Positions 26,520 to 32,379 of a stretch of 32,379 nt of DNA are shown here, piece after piece; the stretch's first letter is position 1; each line of letters starts with the position of its first letter. The stretch lies in the IMG/VR virus record IMGVR_UViG_3300027861_000012, positions 1 to 32,379 of that record. One strand, given 5' to 3'. A program made the position numbers and the translations under genes. A model generated the notes under the pieces. It made no database searches, was not told where the DNA came from, and saw only the letters and a program-made list of their open reading frames with translations. The DNA comes from a virus. Its lineage: Duplodnaviria > Heunggongvirae > Uroviricota > Caudoviricetes.

Positions 26520-26782
26520 ATCAAGCCTCCCTGTAGGTAAAAACGATTATCACAAGCATGACATACCTGTTGGTCCCCAGGATCAACACCATAATGCAGC
26601 TTGTAAGCAACCCTATGAGCATAGAAAATGGCTGACTGACCACCGATTCCAACCTGCCCGTAACCAACTCCTTGTTTGATAGATGCTGTCCAGTTCCAAC
26701 AATTTCCATTTGATTGCTGATCAACTTTAGCCCAAAACCGTTGAACTTCTTCGTCAGTCATGTTTGGAATTGGTTTACTCAT
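26516..26782 (-). pseudogene. Truncated HNH homing endonuclease
   Basis: RFWAKV..CWNWT..GYG..AHRVAY..VCHACDNR, then an abrupt end FYLQGGLI. The C.NP.HL..N half of the HNH motif is missing. Confidence 0.8.
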
Positions 26783-26794
26783 GCTATCCTCAAG

Positions 26795-26868
26795 CTCCGG
26801 AGGCTGGACTCGAACCAGCAACCCCACGGGTAACAGCCGTGTACTCTACGCAATTGAGCTACTCCGGA
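26795..26868 (-). tRNA. tRNA-Asn(GTT), non-canonical, CCA not encoded
   Basis: TCCGGAG/CTCCGGA acceptor, GCTC/GAGT D-stem, CACGG-CTGTTAC-CCGTG anticodon arm, GCTGG-TTCGAGT-CCAGC T-arm, discriminator G. Confidence 0.9.
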
Positions 26869-26880
26869 ATATGACTCGAC

Positions 26881-26991
26881 TTAAAGAGCCAGCAGGTTAA
26901 AAAACAAATCAACAAGCCCGTAGACTACAGCTACGTACCCAACCACGGCCGCAATGGACCACAACGCAATCAGTTTCCATGATATTCTCAT
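26881..26991 (-). CDS. Small membrane peptide (36 aa)
   Basis: MRISWKLIALWSIAAVVGYVAVVYGLVDLFFNLLAL; AGGAG RBS and ATGA overlap. Confidence 0.6.
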   Translation of the reverse strand: MRISWKLIALWSIAAVVGYVAVVYGLVDLFFNLLAL

Positions 26992-27242
26992 GATTCTCCT
27001 TGTTCAGTGAGTTGGCGCTGCACCACAACAGTGCGGCCAAGCTCGGTGATACTGACTTTCTTGCCACTCTCTTTGATGCCTTTCACCACGGCATAAGGCC
27101 CTCTGCTGCTCCATTCGTCTTCCTGAATGACCACGGCAGTCACCGTCAAGTGACTCATCCAGAGAGATGAGCCCTGGCGGCCGGGGTAAACCAATAGGTC
27201 GCCCACCTTGATCTCTTGTTCAAAGTAATCTCGGGCAACCAC
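26988..27242 (-). CDS. Small beta-rich (SH3-like) protein, paralogue of 9445..9702
   Basis: DYFEQEIKVGDLLVY...VTA...GIKESGKKVSIT. Confidence 0.7.
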   Translation of the reverse strand: MVARDYFEQEIKVGDLLVYPGRQGSSLWMSHLTVTAVVIQEDEWSSRGPYAVVKGIKESGKKVSITELGRTVVVQRQLTEQGES

Positions 27243-27264
27243 AGCCGGGCATCAAGCAAATTGA

Positions 27265-27771
27265 TCATAATGATTCCTTCACAGAAAAGGTAACAGTTCT
27301 TGGGGAGAAACACTCTGTCTCGTTACACAGTGCATATCGGATGGTGCCGCTGATGATCAGCGGGTTCTTACTCAGTCTGGTGATAGGGGCGTTGCAAGTC
27401 ACCTGCCCGGTGTGGTAATAGACCAAGTCTCCACGTATCACAGTCATCAATGGAGGCGGGCCGATAGTCTGAAACTCGCCCACCGTGTATTTCGCTGACC
27501 GGTTTGGGGTGACCTTCAACGGGCTGGCATGGCTGCCCGTTTCCTGCCCAAATGAACACAGCATCATGTTCTCTGGGATCGTGATGCGAATCCACAGGTA
27601 TGGTGGCTGGGAGCCCTCTGCATCCGATATGAATGCTTGAACATCAAATGGGGCTGTGGTTATTTCTGGCTCAGCAGCGTTTGAAAGACCCACAACCATG
27701 GCCATCATAGCCATAACCAATGCGAGCCCAAGACCTACAAAAATGTCGCCACACTGTTGCTTGGTGATCAT
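27265..27771 (-). CDS. Exported protein resembling the DsbD N-terminal (Ig-like) domain
   Basis: Signal/TM IFVGLGLALVMAMMAMVVG; C-terminal ISGTIRYALCNETECFSP matches the Y..C....C..P signature. Start refined (ATGA overlap). Confidence 0.6.
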   Translation of the reverse strand: MITKQQCGDIFVGLGLALVMAMMAMVVGLSNAAEPEITTAPFDVQAFISDAEGSQPPYLWIRITIPENMMLCSFGQETGSHASPLKVTPNRSAKYTVGEFQTIGPPPLMTVIRGDLVYYHTGQVTCNAPITRLSKNPLIISGTIRYALCNETECFSPRTVTFSVKESL

Positions 27772-28601
27772 AGCAGGGTTGCTCCCTTGTGCTGCCAAGA
27801 ATATGCGATCCGTCCGTCTGGGAAATAGATCAACTGCCGTTGTTGATCCGGGTTGGTTGATTCGGTGAGACAGTTGGTAATGGCGATGTTCTGGCCGTGA
27901 TAATCGTACACCCGTGCCCCATGTGGAAGATGCAAGAGTTGGATGGCCCCGTATTGTTGCAAGCAATTCTCTAACTGATCAAGTTTGAGAAAGTTGTCCT
28001 TATTCCATTGCGAATCACCGCCAAGCTCACGTAGCGTGACTTGATGTACCGAGGGTTGCCCCGCACAGGCTGATAACATCCTGAGCATCTGCCTGGTGGA
28101 TTCACCTACCTCTGGTGGATGATCAAAGGCCGTCTTGGTGACAATCACTGAAAGGCGAGTAGAGAAGCCAATGTCCCGAAGCTCGGCACAGAAACTCAAC
28201 GGGTTGGGTACATCGGCCTGCATGATGCTGTTATTGATTGTCCGGTCAGCGTGACATACTGAGAGAGCTACACGCGATAGCCCCGCATCATAGAGTTCCT
28301 TGGCATACCCTGCGTCCTCGGCCAACTTGATACCGTTGGTCTGAAGAGTGATGATTGGAAACCCAGCGGCATAAAGTTGCTTGGTGATCATGCCCAGCCC
28401 GGTGCGATCCAAGGTGGGTTCACCGATTCCGGTGATGATCACTTCATCAAATCCACGCGCAAGCCGGATCGCGGTCTCCAACCTACGATAGTTGTAGGAG
28501 ACCTTCTCCGGTTTGTTGCATGTGATCTTGGAGACACAGAACTTGCAATTTGCATTGCAAGCTCTGTCCCCCACGACTACGCTGAAGGTTTCAAACTTCA
28601 T
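27768..28601 (-). CDS. Radical SAM protein of unknown function
   Basis: CNANCKFC (CxxxCxxC), ITGIGEPTL, LQTNG, VALS. Start refined to MKFETF. Confidence 0.9.
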   Translation of the reverse strand: MKFETFSVVVGDRACNANCKFCVSKITCNKPEKVSYNYRRLETAIRLARGFDEVIITGIGEPTLDRTGLGMITKQLYAAGFPIITLQTNGIKLAEDAGYAKELYDAGLSRVALSVCHADRTINNSIMQADVPNPLSFCAELRDIGFSTRLSVIVTKTAFDHPPEVGESTRQMLRMLSACAGQPSVHQVTLRELGGDSQWNKDNFLKLDQLENCLQQYGAIQLLHLPHGARVYDYHGQNIAITNCLTESTNPDQQRQLIYFPDGRIAYSWQHKGATLL

Positions 28602-29251
28602 CAGCACTTCTCCTCGATACCTTTGACGGCCGCACATGCACCGACTCGGTCCCCACTACGGAGCATCCCGGTAGCTAGGCTGATCCCAGAGAAGGTCTGC
28701 CGAGTACCTCTTTGGGAATCCTTGTAGGTCGCAGCCAAGGCTGTGTCCATGCCGAGTTTCGCACCGGCCAAGCAGGCATCTTGGTTAGCGGCCGTGAACA
28801 CGAATTCCCACTGGTACGCATCCCGTTGGTGTTCCACCATCTCACGTACACGGGGTGGTGAGTATTTTTCGCTATCGTTTTCTTCACCGTCTGTCATGAT
28901 CGCAAAGATGACCTTGCTTGGGCGGTGTGCCGGAAGCATACCAGCCAACCGAATGCCAACCTTGTCGATGGTGCTGCCGATGGCATCTCGCAGGGCTGTC
29001 CAACCACGGATGACATAAGTCCTGGCCGTCAGAGGCTCGATGCTGTTAATGTCACGGTTAGCGAAGATCGTTCGCTGTTGCCCGTGTGTGGAAAACTGGA
29101 TCAGTGTGACAAGGCATTCGCCCGGCAATTTCTTCTGGTCTTCGATCAACATGTTGAAGCCTTCAATGACTTCATCTCTGACTTTGTTCATGGACGTTGA
29201 AGCATCCAAGATAACGATCAGTTCAGTAAGATTAGGATCGGTAGTAAGCAT
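28601..29251 (-). CDS. von Willebrand factor A (MIDAS) domain protein
   Basis: ILDASTSM (DxSxS), GWTALRDA, IMTDGEEN. The real start is MLTTDP after an AGGAG RBS; the extra N-terminus in the track is a tRNA. Confidence 0.92.
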   Translation of the reverse strand: MLTTDPNLTELIVILDASTSMNKVRDEVIEGFNMLIEDQKKLPGECLVTLIQFSTHGQQRTIFANRDINSIEPLTARTYVIRGWTALRDAIGSTIDKVGIRLAGMLPAHRPSKVIFAIMTDGEENDSEKYSPPRVREMVEHQRDAYQWEFVFTAANQDACLAGAKLGMDTALAATYKDSQRGTRQTFSGISLATGMLRSGDRVGACAAVKGIEEKC

Positions 29252-29271
29252 TGGTACTCTCCTGGGTCTAA

Positions 29272-29347
29272 TGGAGCCGCCGGTGGGACTCGAACCCACA
29301 ACCTTCGGATTACAAATCCGACGCTCTGCCAATTGAGCTACAGCGGC
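29272..29347 (-). tRNA. tRNA-Thr(TGT) with encoded CCA
   Basis: GCCGCTG/CGGCGGC acceptor, GCTC/GAGC D-stem, TCGGA-TTTGTAA-TCCGA, GTGGG-TTCGAGT-CCCAC, TCCA end. Confidence 0.96.
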
Positions 29348-29352
29348 GATGA

Positions 29353-29658
29353 TTACATGACGGGCATCCGAACACGGTATTCGTACAAACCGGGGACAAC
29401 CTTGTTACCCAGTGTTACTTTGCGGCGATCCACAATATAGCTGCCAAACTTCTCTTTGCGGAGGTCACGTAGTCGGGCTGACACACTGGGAGTGGTCGCT
29501 GCCCTACCCACTGCATTCAGTCTGTTCTGAATGTCCTCCAGTGTATGCCACATACTGTCATCCATGATCTCAAAGACAGCCAGAAGCTGACCGCGCAAAC
29601 GGGGTTGATCTGCCGTCTGAAGTGTGGCACCATCAAAGGTCGCATCGGGGAGTGACAT
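29353..29658 (-). CDS. Winged-helix DNA-binding protein
   Basis: WHTLEDI...SVSARLRDLRK..GSYIVDRR...YEYR. Confidence 0.75.
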   Translation of the reverse strand: MSLPDATFDGATLQTADQPRLRGQLLAVFEIMDDSMWHTLEDIQNRLNAVGRAATTPSVSARLRDLRKEKFGSYIVDRRKVTLGNKVVPGLYEYRVRMPVM

Positions 29659-29677
29659 AATAGCCTTTCAAAGGGGT

Positions 29678-30139
29678 TCAATTGATACAGGGAGTCTTCT
29701 TGTCTTCGTTTTGGTCTCGCCATATGGCCTGACATTCCGTATCACAGAAATACAGATTTCGCCCAAAGCCAGCCGTGTAGATGACACCTTCGGTCTCAGG
29801 GTATTCTTCGTGGCAGTATTCGCAACACTTAGTGGAACTGTCGTCCCATACATCAAGCGGATGGAGTTCAATCAGTCGGGGTAGATAGTTACCCCACTCG
29901 TCTGTTCCAACCGGGAACGGATTCACTACATGGAACGCATTCCATAGCGCGTCAAGCAAGCAGGGGTGATCATTGCTATCGGCAACACCTTCGTACCCGT
30001 GGCCAGGAATCACGAAGCTCTCGAATGTGAACCAGAAATCCTCGAATGTGAACCAGAAATCCTCGTAATGCGGGGCCTTGTTAGGCGATCCAACATTACG
30101 TCGAACGCACGCTGTGTACCTGTACTGCTGATCGCCCAT
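29678..30139 (-). CDS. Hypothetical protein with internal 7-aa duplication and C-terminal CxxC..C...C
   Basis: EDFWFTF occurs twice; CCEYC...FCDTEC. Confidence 0.7.
   Translation of the reverse strand: MGDQQYRYTACVRRNVGSPNKAPHYEDFWFTFEDFWFTFESFVIPGHGYEGVADSNDHPCLLDALWNAFHVVNPFPVGTDEWGNYLPRLIELHPLDVWDDSSTKCCEYCHEEYPETEGVIYTAGFGRNLYFCDTECQAIWRDQNEDKKTPCIN
30020..30065. repeat. Exact 21-bp in-frame tandem duplication
   Basis: ctcgaatgtgaaccagaaatc x2 plus ctcg. Confidence 0.95.
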
Positions 30140-30158
30140 AGTCTTCCCTTGTAGTAAG

Positions 30159-30505
30159 TGGAGGTGGCCGGAATTGAACCGGCGTCCTGTGATAAATTCT
30201 TCGCTTGCGTCTACATGTTTAGTCGTTTTGCTTTACTCGCCCGTAGTCAAACGACGAACTTGTGGGATCGAGTTTTTACTGGACAATCTTTTCCCGTGAC
30301 AACCCAGCAGAGGTCAGTGGGAGCATCCGGAATGGCGACCCATGAAACATCTCTCCGGAAAAGTGTTACATGGGGACTGCTCACGCAGCCGTTGCAAATA
30401 AAGGTTTGGCAGTTAAGCCTTTTGGACGGCTTTTAACGTAGGCCACCGACCAACTACGACATGCAGCAATACGGGTCCCTTACCCAGTCGAAACCTGTCA
30501 CCCCC
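30159..30505 (-). ncRNA. ssrA: tmRNA; tag ORF 30381..30410 = AKPLFATAA*
   Basis: 5' GGGGGTGACAGGTTTCGAC; 3' GACGCCGGTTCAATTCCGGCCACCTCCA; G3-U70 alanyl determinant; pk1-like stems; TAACT-GCC resume context; tag ends in AA. CCA not fully encoded. Confidence 0.93.
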
Positions 30506-30755
30506 GTGGTTGTGGTACGGTTATTGTTACTTCTGCTCCAGGGTAGAAGCAGAAACGACGTTGTTTCGCAAGCGGGCGTCCTTTTCGCAAGCACGCATTC
30601 CAAATCGGACCTACATGTCCTGGCTCAGCCCACAGGTTGCTAAAGGCACACGAGTCTTGTTCCCTTTGATACTTCAATCCGTGGTGCTCAAATTCCCAGC
30701 CGTCTGGGACGGCCTCAAAAGTCGTGTGGATTCGGCGTCCATGTGGTAGTACCAT
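30498..30755 (-). CDS. Hypothetical protein
   Basis: Likely start MVLPHG; the stop overlaps the tmRNA 5' end. Confidence 0.55.
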   Translation of the reverse strand: MVLPHGRRIHTTFEAVPDGWEFEHHGLKYQREQDSCAFSNLWAEPGHVGPIWNACLRKGRPLAKQRRFCFYPGAEVTITVPQPRG

Positions 30756-31120
30756 CAGTCTGTCTCCCTCACTAAACGAGTAGTCACAGGTGGTTTCTCC
30801 TCCAGTGTCATCAGCCCATTCTCCACCAAAAACTGTGCCACGTCTATCGCCAGGGTGTGTACGAAATCTTCTTCCGACCCTCTGATGCAAGCTTTCAGAG
30901 TCCGATTACGGTTAAGAATAGCATGTATCACCTCGTGTACCAGAGTGTCGATCACTTCCATCGGAGCTTGGTCAGTATGTACTCGAAGCGTATAGGTCAC
31001 GTTGTCACATACACCCGCAAACGATGCTGAATCAAAATCTGTTTGCACCTCGCGTGAGTTTGTTACATACTCAACCGAGTAATGAACACCCCGTATCCAC
31101 AATTCCGATGGGTAGCTCAT
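30755..31120 (-). CDS. Small HExxH zinc-metalloprotease-like protein
   Basis: TLVHEVIHAIL followed by EEDFV. Confidence 0.75.
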   Translation of the reverse strand: MSYPSELWIRGVHYSVEYVTNSREVQTDFDSASFAGVCDNVTYTLRVHTDQAPMEVIDTLVHEVIHAILNRNRTLKACIRGSEEDFVHTLAIDVAQFLVENGLMTLEEKPPVTTRLVRETD

Positions 31121-31359
31121 TCAGTATCCTTCATCATGGACACGTTGGGATGCAAAGCGTGCGGATGTATGTACTCTGGCTCAGGCTCTGGCTCTGGCTC
31201 TGGCTTGGTTATTACCGGAGGCTCAGGCTTGGGCTCAGGCTGCCATGGTTCGTTCATACACTCGTTGACGAACTCGACCGGTTGGCCTGGCATGGCGTCA
31301 ATCGGTTGGAACCACGAGGGGTCGCCGTTCATGGCTGCAATCTCTTCGTTCTTCATCAT
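31117..31359 (-). CDS. Pro/Glu-rich hypothetical protein
   Basis: EPKPEPPVITKPEPEPEPEPE; GGAG RBS. Confidence 0.6.
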   Translation of the reverse strand: MMKNEEIAAMNGDPSWFQPIDAMPGQPVEFVNECMNEPWQPEPKPEPPVITKPEPEPEPEPEYIHPHALHPNVSMMKDTE

Positions 31360-31446
31360 TGTCTCCTGGGAAACAGTTTGAAACCAACCAGCAGCCCTGC
31401 GATCAGGGCTACTGGTGTAAGCATCAGGTCAATCTGGAGCAGTTGC

Positions 31447-32106
31447 TCAATCAATGTCGATGTCCTTGAAGGCTCGATCTGAGATGGCCTGCAACACGCC
31501 GCCAAGCTGATCATAGGCCCAGTTGAAGAACCGTCGAATCGGATCATTGATGAGTGTCCACAAACCACTCCAGGGCCACCAGGTCATCCAACCCGTGATT
31601 CGACTCTTGTTCTCACTAACCATTGGCTTGGCAATCCGACGACCATACCAGCCCTCACGAGCTTTCTTCCATTCGGCCTTGATGTCGTCCGGAATCACAC
31701 CGGTCTTCAGGGCTTGTTGGTATCGCGCGTGTTCGAGATCATCGCCAGTCGCAGTTCTGTCTCGCAGTTTGTCGCACTCACTAGCCAACCATTCCCGCCG
31801 CCTCGCGCGGTGACGGATTGCGACATCGCGCACATACACCCACCATTTGCCGACGCCATACACGACACCGACGCCGAGGTAGCCTGCTATGTACCCCACT
31901 GTGGACCAGGGATTCTCGATGAGCCAAGTCAGCCACCCGGTGTTCCCAAAGAAGAGGATGGCCGCCAGTGTGCCCAGAGTGAGTATGCAGGCCGTGCCCT
32001 CACGTTCATGCTCCAATGAGAGGATGATCAGCAACGAAACAACACCAAGCAGACCCCAAAACCAGAATCCACCAAACGCAAACAAAATGAGCAAAGCTTC
32101 AAACAT
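31447..32106 (-). CDS. Multi-pass membrane protein
   Basis: Three N-terminal hydrophobic helices; WWPWSG motif; AGGAG RBS. Confidence 0.8.
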   Translation of the reverse strand: MFEALLILFAFGGFWFWGLLGVVSLLIILSLEHEREGTACILTLGTLAAILFFGNTGWLTWLIENPWSTVGYIAGYLGVGVVYGVGKWWVYVRDVAIRHRARRREWLASECDKLRDRTATGDDLEHARYQQALKTGVIPDDIKAEWKKAREGWYGRRIAKPMVSENKSRITGWMTWWPWSGLWTLINDPIRRFFNWAYDQLGGVLQAISDRAFKDIDID

Positions 32107-32123
32107 AGTATTCTCCTATGTCA

Positions 32124-32151
32124 AGTATACCATGAATCGTGTTAAAGTCAA
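32124..32151 (-). promoter_or_regulatory. Sigma-70-like promoter
   Basis: TTGACT-N16-TATACT with TGG extension, upstream of the AGGAG RBS. Confidence 0.7.
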
Positions 32152-32372
32152 ATGAAATCGTCCGGTGTGGTCAAATCAGGGATGGGGACCGGAACTGGGT
32201 TCTCCGGAAATGCAAACCCGTCTTCGATCTGAAGATTGATCCCATCAATGAGTCCCTCTAAATAGCTACTCTCATGTAGCCGTTCGGAGTAGTCCATCAA
32301 GTTGATGGTGGTTAGTATGCTCACGAACACAATGTTCAGAGCAAGCATCACAGAGAAGATCCAGATTTTCAT
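32148..32372 (-). CDS. Small protein with N-terminal TM/signal helix
   Basis: MKIWIFSVMLALNIVFVSILTTINL. Confidence 0.65.
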   Translation of the reverse strand: MKIWIFSVMLALNIVFVSILTTINLMDYSERLHESSYLEGLIDGINLQIEDGFAFPENPVPVPIPDLTTPDDFI

Positions 32373-32379
32373 CGGCGTG

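Noticed and set aside
27768-28601. QueE (7-deazaguanine DNA modification) or viperin
   Set aside because: It lacks the motif context I associate with either, and there is no folE, queD, queC or dpdA in the window.
29252-29332. N-terminal extension of the vWA ORF (MAERRICNPKVVGSSPTGG)
   Set aside because: It is a translation of tRNA-Thr. Likewise, the first residues of track ORF 26516..26827 are tRNA-Asn and 30158..30436(+) is antisense to the tmRNA.
1687-32372. Stop-codon reassignment, as in some large phages
   Set aside because: Conserved genes are full length in code 11, and TAG (guaC), TAA and TGA all terminate genes at tight junctions.

Overview
This is a gene-dense segment in which every credible gene is on the minus strand, with many ATGA/TGATG overlaps. 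It looks like the replication, nucleotide-metabolism and accessory region of a large bacteriophage; no virion genes are in the window, so the phage assignment is an inference. It encodes a family A DNA polymerase, ATP-dependent DNA ligase, sigma-70-like factor, ParB-like protein, VRR-NUC and RecB-family nucleases, two DNA methyltransferases, GMP reductase, a phosphoribosyltransferase and a RelA/SpoT-type HD hydrolase. It also carries an RNA-repair and translation-rescue set: RtcB, a Thg1-like protein, tmRNA, tRNA-Asn and tRNA-Thr. An ORF missing from the supplied track (<1..1617) begins with a Planctomycete-type LEPR-xLL leader followed by ELWxxDGT repeats, which points to a Planctomycetota host. 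The main sequence-level observations are a 27/28-bp direct repeat bracketing rtcB, a DnaJ-type CxxCxGxG zinc-finger insert in the polymerase thumb, a tmRNA with tag AKPLFATAA, a non-canonical tRNA-Asn followed by a truncated HNH gene, and a methyltransferase with DPPD instead of DPPY. All family assignments come from motif recognition by eye; no database searches were run.
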